Shown here in pieces: positions 8,694 to 17,244 of a stretch of DNA of 64,000 nucleotides. Under the pieces are notes generated by a model, which had not been told where the DNA came from, did not search any database, and was given only the letters and a program-made list of their open reading frames with translations. Position 1 is the stretch's first letter; the number at the start of each line of letters is the position of its first letter. A program made the translations under genes and the position numbers. The stretch is from assembly GCA_965249275.1 (NCBI GenBank), contig CBDFLQ010000006.1, forward strand, positions 64,001 through 128,000, read 5' to 3'. This DNA comes from Dehalococcoidia bacterium. Lineage in GTDB: Bacteria; Chloroflexota; Dehalococcoidia; Plut-88900.

Positions 8694-9629
8694 ATGAACA
8701 CCAGGATCATCATGGCCATAGCGCTGCTGATGAGCATCCTAGCGCTGAAATGTGTGAGCGCCGTTCCCACTGCGATGCCTGGGTCGACACCTATGCCTAA
8801 ACCGACACCGACATCCACACCCATCCCTACCCAAATACCGGGTCGGGCAGACCTCTACGAGACCGTATTTCCTCCCGAGCACATGTCCTACATCTGGTGG
8901 AACTGGGACAGGCCTGCGGATGAGTTCAGGGAGCTTGAGGTAGACTTCACCATCCACAATGACCCGGGAGACTTTTCCGATAGATACGGCCTCTATCTGA
9001 TGGTGTGCCAGGGGAGCATTTCCGGGAGGGCCTTCTATTTCGGCCTGCAGACTAATACCTATGATCCGGGTCAACAGCGAGGGCGAGGGAAGGGGTTAAT
9101 CTTCTCTCGCTGGGGCGAGCGGGGCCTATCCTTTGCCAGGATTGCAGATAGTGAGCAGGGCTGGTACGAGTCCTCAGGCCACGAAGGAGACTTCATCGGA
9201 GTAAGACGGAGCTACGACTGGACTACAGGCGATTATCGAATGCGCCTTGCGCCAGATGGGAAGGATGATGACGGCGAGTGGTACGGCGTCTGGTTAACCG
9301 ACCTCGCTACTGACGTCACCACTTGGGCCGGATCCTTAAAGTTCCCACTGGTCAACGGAACAACTGTTGTCAGCACCCCTACCTACTCCACACTGGAGAT
9401 ATATGGTCAACCCATCCGCCCCATAGACATCCCGGAATGGAGTGTCAGTGTAGAGCGCCCCCGAGGCGATGGTGTCGAGGCCAGTTGGGGCAACCCCGGC
9501 TATTCGGGCTTTATGCGCGAGATTCACAATTCGGACGTTCTCTACGACCCTGCAACCAACTCCGTTCACTTCCGCGTGGGAGGCACCACGGAGCGGATGG
9601 GATCTGCCCAGCCAATTCACTTCCGCTGA
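8694..9629 (+). CDS. Secreted or lipoprotein hypothetical protein (possibly DUF3472-like)
   Basis: Signal peptide containing Cys, PT-rich linker, aromatic beta-rich domain (FYFGLQT, LIFSRWG, GHEGDFIGVRRSYDW). Confidence 0.55.
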   Translation: MNTRIIMAIALLMSILALKCVSAVPTAMPGSTPMPKPTPTSTPIPTQIPGRADLYETVFPPEHMSYIWWNWDRPADEFRELEVDFTIHNDPGDFSDRYGLYLMVCQGSISGRAFYFGLQTNTYDPGQQRGRGKGLIFSRWGERGLSFARIADSEQGWYESSGHEGDFIGVRRSYDWTTGDYRMRLAPDGKDDDGEWYGVWLTDLATDVTTWAGSLKFPLVNGTTVVSTPTYSTLEIYGQPIRPIDIPEWSVSVERPRGDGVEASWGNPGYSGFMREIHNSDVLYDPATNSVHFRVGGTTERMGSAQPIHFR

Positions 9630-9746
9630 GTAACCATCCACTTGATATCCGAGATGGCACGCTACAATAGGAAGACTGCGATAGAATACTTGCAATACAC
9701 CAACTAGGTGGCGACTCCCCAGTAACTTGGCTAACTCGGCGCTCCC

Positions 9747-10799
9747 GTGCATGTGCGGAGGAAGAACGGCTTGGCATCCGACCCCCATCAGACTCTCGAC
9801 TACCTTGAAGCCGTCGAGTATTACTTCAAACAAGGCCTCACCGACGGCCTGCCAGTAGTCCCCCCCACCCCTGGCCGGCTCGCCGAATTCCTCGACTCCG
9901 TCAACCTGAAACCCGACGACATCGTTGGCATCGTACCCGTTGGCGCTATCCCCATAACCGCCGAAAAGGTGGCCCTCAACGCCGTCATGGCCGGCTGCCT
10001 CCCCGAGTACATGCCCGTCATAGTGACCGGCATTGAAGCGATGGTAGACGACGAATTCAGCCTCAACGCCACTGCCGCAAGCACCTCCGGGTCGTCTCAC
10101 ATGCTTGTGGTCGGGGGCAAGGTGGTCGACGAACTCGGCATCAACTACGGCGTCAATATGCTGGGCCCCGGCGCGCGAGCTAACTCAACAATCGGCAGGG
10201 CCATCAGGCTCATACTCATGAACGTCTGCGGTGCCTTGCCCGGCGTGTTGGACAAGTCGACCCTCGGCAATCCGGGCAAGTACACGGCCTGCATCGCCGA
10301 GGACGAGTCCCTCACTCCCTGGCCTCCCCTCCGCGCCGACTACGGCATCCCCGAGTCCCAGGACGCTGTCACCGCCTTCGCCTGCTACGCCCCCGTGCAG
10401 GTCTCCGACCACCGCAGCGGCACCGCCGAAGAGGTCCTGACCCGCATCGCCGACGCCATTGTCGCCTATCCTTACTACGCTCGAGGGTGCGAGATCATGG
10501 TCGTCCTCGTCCCCGAGCACCTGACCCATATCCTGCGTGCCGGTTGGACCAAGAATGAAGTCCGGCAGTTCCTGCACGAGGCTACGCAAAGACCTATGGA
10601 CTTCTGGAAAGCCCGCCCCGACAGTGGAAAGAACGACTTCCGGGAGGGCATCGGACTCTCAGGCGTCACAGCCTCCCCCGACGATTTCCTGATAGTCCCC
10701 GCAGGCGGCAGCGCTGGCGGGTTCTCGGCTTTCCTGGTTTCATGGGGCAGCGAGGTAGACTACAGCCGCAGCGTCACCCGGCCCATAGGACAACCCTGA
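9747..10799 (+). CDS. Conserved hypothetical protein typically adjacent to UGSC-family genes (start may be TTG at 9771)
   Basis: TDGLPVVPPT, TAEKVALNAVMAGCLPEYMPV, GPGARANSTIGRAIRL, STLGNPGKYT.CIAE. Confidence 0.75.
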   Translation: MHVRRKNGLASDPHQTLDYLEAVEYYFKQGLTDGLPVVPPTPGRLAEFLDSVNLKPDDIVGIVPVGAIPITAEKVALNAVMAGCLPEYMPVIVTGIEAMVDDEFSLNATAASTSGSSHMLVVGGKVVDELGINYGVNMLGPGARANSTIGRAIRLILMNVCGALPGVLDKSTLGNPGKYTACIAEDESLTPWPPLRADYGIPESQDAVTAFACYAPVQVSDHRSGTAEEVLTRIADAIVAYPYYARGCEIMVVLVPEHLTHILRAGWTKNEVRQFLHEATQRPMDFWKARPDSGKNDFREGIGLSGVTASPDDFLIVPAGGSAGGFSAFLVSWGSEVDYSRSVTRPIGQP

Positions 10800-10817
10800 C
10801 CTATTACGAGGAGCAAT

Positions 10818-11396
10818 ATGGATACCGGCAAGCAACACGCGCAGCGCGTCCCCGCTATGGACCCCCGGGGCGCGACCCCCTCCACAAGCGTCCCCATGGC
10901 CGCCCGACCCTCTAGTCTGGACGGCATAACTATTGGTCTCGTCGACAACACAAAGATCAACGCTGGCAAGCTCTTGGACCGGCTCGCCTCCCTACTGGAA
11001 GCGGAGGCTCGTCCCGCCCGTATCGTCCGGTTTTCCAAGCCCGACGCCACCCGGCCCGCCCCCCCGGACTTGGTTAAACAGATCACCCAGGAGTGCGACG
11101 CAGCAGTCCTCGCCATCGGGGACTGAGGCTCCTGCAGCCAGTGCAGTTTGCACGACGGTATAGAATTGGAGATGAACGGCATCCCGACCGCAGTAATAAT
11201 CACCGAGGAGTTCGAGGTTCCCGCCAGGACCATCGCCCGCATGAGAGGAATACCGGACTACCCCTACGCCAAGGTGGGCCATCCCATCGGTAGCCTGAAT
11301 GAGCATGCCCTTCTGGAAAGAGCCAGGTCGGCGCTACCCCAGGTGCTTAGCATCCTCACCCGAGACCCAAGTCAAAGAAATGGACGGAAGCAATAG
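10818..11396 (+). CDS. UGSC-family selenoprotein (in-frame TGA at 11124-11126 read as Sec)
   Basis: ORFs 10818-11126 and 11148-11396 are in one frame; junction reads AIGD-U-GSCSQCSLHDGIELE..GIPT; GGAG RBS; hairpin GTGCA-GTT-TGCAC at 11141-11153. Confidence 0.88.
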
Positions 11397-12460
11397 TGGA
11401 CAATTCTTCTCTCTCTCCCTCGAATGAAAGCAGGCGCGGATCGGGCCTGAGGCGCCTGGGCCGCATTCTGGCCTCTCCATTTTCCAGGTCCCGCCGCGAA
11501 GGTCAGATCCGAGTGATCCAGACGTCTCCCGAAATCGCCAACCAGAACACCCCCAGAGGTAGAAAACTGAACATCAAAAGGAACAAGGCTTCAACAGGGT
11601 CCGGTGTGTACATTGACGTCGAGAACCTTCAGGGCGAGGCCCAGGACCTCATTTCAACCCTCATGTTTAACTGGCCCCACCCCGCTCCTTCCCCTTCTCG
11701 TCTGACCCTCTACGTCCGTGCAGACCAGGTCGAGCTTTGGCGTCTATGGGCCGTCGACCAATTTAATAACGTACAGGTCATCGTCAAAGGCATCCAGCAC
11801 TTCAGCCGGGACTCCTCCAAGAACTCCGCCGACATCGCCATCGCCACCAACGCCATCGCCGATTTCGTGCGCGGCAGGATTGCTCATGTTGTCGTCTTGA
11901 GTGACGACAGCGATTTCATATCCCTCTATGCCTCCATCCACGACGAAGTAGACCAGAACGAAGGCGCCACTCCGTTCCTATGGGTGGTCACGGACCGCCA
12001 CAAGTCACTCTCCGCCAATGTCAAGCAGTTCGTCCCTCGGAATATCCTTCACGTGATATCCGCGGATGTCCGCTCCCCCAAATCCCCCCCACCGCCCCCA
12101 CCCCTCCGGGCTAGAGCCCCCATCTCAAGACGTCCCGTATCCCCAACTCCCCCACCCCCATCCGCACCTCCGACTCCGCCACCCCTTACACCCGTCCCTT
12201 TGGGTAGCCCCTGGGCCGACATGGCCCGAATTATTGTCCGGGAGCGTCCTGTCGGCGCCTTCAAGAGCACTGACTGCCAGGACATCATCCGACGCCACTG
12301 GTCCGGCCACCGGATGGCCAGGGCAGGAGGCGGCACTTTCGGCACCGAGTTCAAAAAAAGCGTCTGGCCGGAGCTTGAAAAACTTGGTGTAAAAATCCCT
12401 AACCTAAACCGGAAACCCGTTACCTACGAGATGACCAAAGAGGCCAAAGCAGCGGTCTAG
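11396..12460 (+). CDS. NYN-domain (PIN-like) protein with Pro-rich linker
   Basis: VYIDVENL, SKNSADIAIA..A, VVVLSDDSDFISL. Confidence 0.75.
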   Translation: MDNSSLSPSNESRRGSGLRRLGRILASPFSRSRREGQIRVIQTSPEIANQNTPRGRKLNIKRNKASTGSGVYIDVENLQGEAQDLISTLMFNWPHPAPSPSRLTLYVRADQVELWRLWAVDQFNNVQVIVKGIQHFSRDSSKNSADIAIATNAIADFVRGRIAHVVVLSDDSDFISLYASIHDEVDQNEGATPFLWVVTDRHKSLSANVKQFVPRNILHVISADVRSPKSPPPPPPLRARAPISRRPVSPTPPPPSAPPTPPPLTPVPLGSPWADMARIIVRERPVGAFKSTDCQDIIRRHWSGHRMARAGGGTFGTEFKKSVWPELEKLGVKIPNLNRKPVTYEMTKEAKAAV

Positions 12461-12477
12461 TAAGGGAAATCAGGCCA

Positions 12478-14448
12478 TTGGCTACCCCATTTCCCCACCT
12501 GTTCCAACCGATAAAGGTCGGCAAGTACACCCTTAAGAACCGGATAGTGAACGCGGGCCACGCCGCCCACTTCCAGGGCGAGGGCGGCCTCCCCGACGAA
12601 AGGTACGTCCACTACGTCCGGGAGCGCGCCAAGGGCGGCGCGGCGATGGTCGTCCTCGGCAACACCGTCGTCTACAACGACGGCGAAGTCCCCCTCTCCA
12701 TGGCCAACTACGACGACCGTGTCATTCCCATCTACAGGCGCATGTCCGCCGCCACCCATGAGTTTGATACACCTCTCCTCACCCAACTCGGCCACCGAGG
12801 CAAGATGGTGGTAGATGCATCAGGCGTCCTGGGGAGACCTCTCATGGCCCCCTCCGCCGTCCCCCCACCCCACTTCGCCAGCCCCCAGTACATGCCCCAC
12901 GAGATGGACATTGATGAGGTGAAAGAGGCAGTCCAGCAGTTCTCCGACGCCGCCGCCCGGGTCCGCGAGGGTGGTCTCGATGGCACCGAAATCCTCGTCG
13001 GCCTCGGCTACCTCATCTCCGAATTCCTCTTCCCCGACTCCAACCGCCGCACCGACAAGTATGGCGGCAGCACGCTCGAGGAGCGCATGACCTTTCTCTA
13101 CGAGGTCATCGACGGCTGCCGCAAGGCCCTTGGCCCCGACCTCCTCCTCGGCGTCCGCCTGTATGACGACATGGTCGACTATAGTATCGGCATGAGCGAG
13201 CTCAAGGCCATCGCTCCCCTCCTCGAACGCACCGGCGCTATCGACTATCTGAACGTCTGGCAGGGCGCAATCCCCGACCCCAAGTCCTTCGCCGACCACT
13301 GGCCCAGCTACTACCGTGAGCCCGGCCAATTCGTCTACAAAGCCAACGAGATCAAGCAGTTGGTCAACCTGCCCGTCCTGGGCGCAGGCCGCATCGACTC
13401 CCCAGCCCTCGCCGAGCAGCTCCTAGCTGACAGCGTCGTCGACTTGGTCGGCATGGTCCGAGCCCTCATAGCCGACCCCCATCTCCCCAACAAGGCCCGA
13501 GAGGGTCGCGCCGAGGAGATTCGCTACTGCATAGGCACCAACCAAAGCTGCGCCGGGCACATCCTCATCGGCTTGGGCGTCGGCTGCATCTACAACCCCG
13601 TGACCGGTCGAGAGAAGGAGTGGAGCATCCTGCCCCCCGCCCCTCAGAAGAAAAAGGTCGTCATAGCCGGCGGAGGCCCGGCCGGTATGGAAGCCGCCCG
13701 CACTGCCGCCATGAGAGGCCATCAGGTCGTCCTCTTCGAAAAGGGCCCCCGACTCGGCGGCCAACTGAACCTGATTCTGAAGACCCCTAGGCGGGACCAC
13801 TTCGAAGAAGTGATTTTATTCTTCGAACGCCAGCTTAACAGGCTGGGAGTCGATATCCGGCTCAACACCGAGGCCACCCCCGACCTCATCCTCGCCGAAT
13901 CCCCCGACTCAGTCATCATCGCCACTGGTTCCACGCCCTACACCCCAGAAATCCCGGGCGCCGAGGGCCGGAACGTCGTCAACAGCTGGGATGTCCTGGA
14001 AGGCTCGGCTGAGTTGGGAGACCGGGTCGTCGTGATCGACACCCAGGGCCGCCCCGAGGCCTCCACCATCGCAGACTTCCTCGTCTCCGGCGGCAAGTCC
14101 GTCGAAGTCGTCACCGGCCTTCAGTATGTGGGCCGGGAGATTACCCCGCCCCTTTGGCAGCACATCTACGAAAGCCTGCTCCGCAAAGGCGTCAAGATGA
14201 CACCCTTCACCGGAGTCTTCGAAATCCTCGAGGACTCCCTCTACGTCTACGACACCATCACCTGGGCCCCCCGCTACATCACCGGCGTCGACACCGTAGT
14301 AGTAGCCGCCGGCGGCCAGGCCGTGGACACCCTTTACCGAGACCTCAAGGGCCGCACCCCTAACCTCCAGGCCATCGGAGACGCCCTCCAACCGAGAGAC
14401 ATCGAAGTCGCCGTAGTAGACGGCCACCGCGCCGCCCGTGCCATCTGA
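12478..14448 (+). CDS. NADH:flavin oxidoreductase (OYE/FadH-like) with FAD-binding domain
   Basis: HLFQPIKVG..TLKNRI, ERAKGG, NRRTDKYGG, RALIADP, CIGTNQSC...CIYNP, GGGPAGMEAA. Confidence 0.9.
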   Translation: MATPFPHLFQPIKVGKYTLKNRIVNAGHAAHFQGEGGLPDERYVHYVRERAKGGAAMVVLGNTVVYNDGEVPLSMANYDDRVIPIYRRMSAATHEFDTPLLTQLGHRGKMVVDASGVLGRPLMAPSAVPPPHFASPQYMPHEMDIDEVKEAVQQFSDAAARVREGGLDGTEILVGLGYLISEFLFPDSNRRTDKYGGSTLEERMTFLYEVIDGCRKALGPDLLLGVRLYDDMVDYSIGMSELKAIAPLLERTGAIDYLNVWQGAIPDPKSFADHWPSYYREPGQFVYKANEIKQLVNLPVLGAGRIDSPALAEQLLADSVVDLVGMVRALIADPHLPNKAREGRAEEIRYCIGTNQSCAGHILIGLGVGCIYNPVTGREKEWSILPPAPQKKKVVIAGGGPAGMEAARTAAMRGHQVVLFEKGPRLGGQLNLILKTPRRDHFEEVILFFERQLNRLGVDIRLNTEATPDLILAESPDSVIIATGSTPYTPEIPGAEGRNVVNSWDVLEGSAELGDRVVVIDTQGRPEASTIADFLVSGGKSVEVVTGLQYVGREITPPLWQHIYESLLRKGVKMTPFTGVFEILEDSLYVYDTITWAPRYITGVDTVVVAAGGQAVDTLYRDLKGRTPNLQAIGDALQPRDIEVAVVDGHRAARAI

Positions 14449-14556
14449 GGGTCTTAGCGGTTGACGTCCTCATAGCGATGCCCGACGAATCTAATTCAAA
14501 CTTCCCTATGAAAATACACCTAAGTGTGATACAGTTCTTCACAAGGAAGTGAACGT

Positions 14557-15318
14557 ATGAGCTATATCTCTTCTATTGAATGGACAGAGACAACCTGGAA
14601 CCCTGTAACTGGCTGCACGAAAATCACGCGAGGATGCGACAATTGTTACGCTGAGCGTCTTGCCGAGCGTTTTCGAGGAACTCCCGGGCATCCCTTTGAA
14701 AATGGTTTTGACCTCACCCTTCGCCCAGAACGCATATCGCAGCCACTCTCCTGGAAGCGATCGCGAATGGTATTCGTGAATTCGATGAGCGACCTATTCC
14801 ACAAGGACATCCCGACCAAATACATAGATAGCGTATTTGACACTATGGAATCGGCTGATTGGCACATTTTCCAGATACTTACTAAGCGCAGTCCACTAAT
14901 GAGAGATTACTTACAGAATCGGTATGGACCGCGCCTTGCTCCTCGACACATTTGGTGCGGGGTGTCTGTCGAGGACGACAAAGCGACCGCGAGAATAAGA
15001 CACCTCAAAGACTCCCCGGTATCGACTCGGTTCCTATCCATAGAACCGCTCCTTGGCCCTATTGGAGATATAGACATAGACGGTATCTCCTGGGTCATAG
15101 TTGGTGGAGAGAGTGGCCCCAATGCTCGGCCTATGAAGCCAGAATGGGTCATTGAAATCCAAGAAACTTGTGATGAACTAGATATTCCTTTTTTCTTCAA
15201 GCAGTGGGGTGGCCGCACTCCGAAATCAGGGGGCCGGTTGCTTGAAGGGATAGAGCACAATGCCTTCCCTGCTTATTTGCAAGAGGAGAAAGAATATGCC
15301 GTTCATATGGCATCCTAA
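14557..15318 (+). CDS. DUF5131 / phage Gp37-Gp68 family radical-SAM-like protein
   Basis: SSIEWTETTWNPVTGCTKITRGCDNCYA, FVNSMSDLFH, FQILTKR, FLSIEPLLG, WVIVGGESG, FFFKQWGG. Confidence 0.92.
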   Translation: MSYISSIEWTETTWNPVTGCTKITRGCDNCYAERLAERFRGTPGHPFENGFDLTLRPERISQPLSWKRSRMVFVNSMSDLFHKDIPTKYIDSVFDTMESADWHIFQILTKRSPLMRDYLQNRYGPRLAPRHIWCGVSVEDDKATARIRHLKDSPVSTRFLSIEPLLGPIGDIDIDGISWVIVGGESGPNARPMKPEWVIEIQETCDELDIPFFFKQWGGRTPKSGGRLLEGIEHNAFPAYLQEEKEYAVHMAS

Positions 15319-16558
15319 CGATCCACCGCCCGCCATTGAGGACCACAGCAAGGCAAAACTCGCAGTCCTGCGCCGATATCTCAGTGCATACTTTGATAGG
15401 TTAGGTAACATTCCTGCTCGTGATGAATTCAGGCTTGACCTTGTCGATGGGTTTGCCGGAGGGGAAACATTCCAAGACGGTGGCCTCATCGAGTCCGGTA
15501 CACCTCTCATAATGCTGGAAGAGGCCGAAGCTGCGCGAGAAAGGTTGAATCAGAGTCGAAGTAAGCCATTGCTATTCAATTGTAAGTTTCACTTTGTCGA
15601 CGTGAACCCTAACCATACCCAGCATCTTAGGATGGTCCTTGCGGACAGGGGATACCACGTAAATGGTGAGGAGATTGTTGTCCATGACGGACGTTTTGAA
15701 GATGTAGCCGAAGCTATCATCGCAGACGTCCTCATTCGGCAGCCCCGAGCGGGTCGTGCGATTTTCCTTTTGGACCAATGCGGTTTCTCACGAGTATCAC
15801 TTAACCTAGTGAATCGCATTTTCCAGAGGCTGCCGGCGGCGGAGGTTATACTTACGTTTGCAGCGGACAACTTGATCAACCACCTATCAGATACTCCAGA
15901 ACTCATCCGGGCAGTTGCACCTCTTGAATTGACCGAAGCTCACATACGCGACTTAATTGAGCTCAGCAATGGTGATGGTGGAAGGGCACTTGTACAGAGA
16001 GTATTGCGAGGACATATTCGTAACTCAACTGGGGCAACATTCGATACCCCCTTCTACATCCGTCCTAAGGAATCCCGTCGCGCCCTATGGTTTCTTCATC
16101 TTTCTAGGCATCCAACAGCTCGTGACGTGATGATCCAATGCCATTGGAAGAGTTTCAATACGTTCGAACACTACGGTTCAGGTAGTTTCGACATGTTAGG
16201 CTGGGACGCACTAAGACCAGGAGCTGGTACATTGCCTCTATTTCGTTTTGATGAATTTGACGCTGAGCACATGAAGACGAAACTCCTCACATCAATGCCT
16301 CAAGAGTTATATGCTCTAGCAGCAGAAAGTGCGATTACTGTTAACGCTGTTCGGCATATGTTGGCCAACAGGACAGCTGCCAGATTCTCAGACCTAGACG
16401 AAGTCATATTACAGCTTTCTAGGGAAAGAGAATTCGATATCTTGACCACTGACGGGAAGGAGCGTTCTAGAAACCTAACTCGGTTAAGTCCAACTGATCT
16501 GATCGCAGTACCAAGCATGAGACTGCTTCCCGGGCTTTCTCGCATGCCTTTACAATGA
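15296..16558 (+). CDS. tcmP: Three-Cys-motif partner protein TcmP (methyltransferase-like fold)
   Basis: HSKAKL.VLRRYL, VDGFAGG, GTPLI, FLLDQCG, EVILTF; overlaps the DUF5131 gene, its usual partner; GAGGAG RBS. Confidence 0.8.
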   Translation: MPFIWHPNDPPPAIEDHSKAKLAVLRRYLSAYFDRLGNIPARDEFRLDLVDGFAGGETFQDGGLIESGTPLIMLEEAEAARERLNQSRSKPLLFNCKFHFVDVNPNHTQHLRMVLADRGYHVNGEEIVVHDGRFEDVAEAIIADVLIRQPRAGRAIFLLDQCGFSRVSLNLVNRIFQRLPAAEVILTFAADNLINHLSDTPELIRAVAPLELTEAHIRDLIELSNGDGGRALVQRVLRGHIRNSTGATFDTPFYIRPKESRRALWFLHLSRHPTARDVMIQCHWKSFNTFEHYGSGSFDMLGWDALRPGAGTLPLFRFDEFDAEHMKTKLLTSMPQELYALAAESAITVNAVRHMLANRTAARFSDLDEVILQLSREREFDILTTDGKERSRNLTRLSPTDLIAVPSMRLLPGLSRMPLQ

Positions 16559-16633
16559 GCACATAGCGACAAGCCTCATACCCATTATTCCCGTGCCCGG
16601 CATGAGACTCAATCCCCTCCCTTGACCCCACCC

Positions 16634-16999
16634 CCATTCCGAGGCCCCACGAGGAATCTACAGCCCTCTCCCTAATTCCACCTTGTCCGCTGAAACCCAC
16701 CCCCTCCATCCGTCATTCCGGCCCCCGAGCCGGAATCCAGCCCTTCCTTCTACCCAGTATTGAACTAGAGGCCCGCACGGGTGCTGTGCACCCGTGCGGG
16801 CCTCTGTTCTTATCTCCCCCCTAACGTCAATCCCGACTCCGATCGGGAATCCATCCCCATCCCCCCAGTACTGAATTAGAGGCCCACGTGCGTGCTCTGC
16901 ACGCACGTGGGCCTCTATTCTTATCTCCCCCTCTCCCTTGAAGGCCCTAAGGAAGAGGGGGATCAAGGGGGTGAGGGTTCCCCGGTGGGGCTGGGGCGG
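16634..16999. repeat. Dense cluster of REP-like palindromes
   Basis: Family A copy; GTCATTCCGGCCCCCGAGCCGGAATCCA; two 19-bp hairpin units (16766-16806, 16877-16917); CCCCTCTCCCTT element matching 4583-4657. Confidence 0.8.
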
Positions 17000-17026
17000 T
17001 GTCTTCCCAAGTGTGACACGAACCCC

Positions 17027-17056
17027 TTGACCCTGCCCGAACACCCGTGCTACTAT
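17027..17056 (+). promoter_or_regulatory. Putative sigma70 promoter
   Basis: TTGACC-N18-TACTAT with TG extended -10; the same TTGACC -35 precedes tRNA-Gly and the HesB gene. Confidence 0.6.
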
Positions 17057-17244
17057 CCCCACCGTTCGAACACCAACCCAACCACCTTAAGGAGGAACCA
17101 AAAACCCAGGGAAGCCCACCCGACCCATCCGAGGACTCAACGCCCAAGCCCATCCCAACGGCCCTCACACGGGGCCCGCGGCTCAAGCGACCGGCGCCAT
17201 CTCCTCATCCCCACCGGGTCCCGTGCCCCTTCCCTGACCACCCA

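Noticed and set aside
14557-15318. Prophage (gene family named Gp37/Gp68)
   Set aside because: No structural, terminase or integrase genes are nearby.
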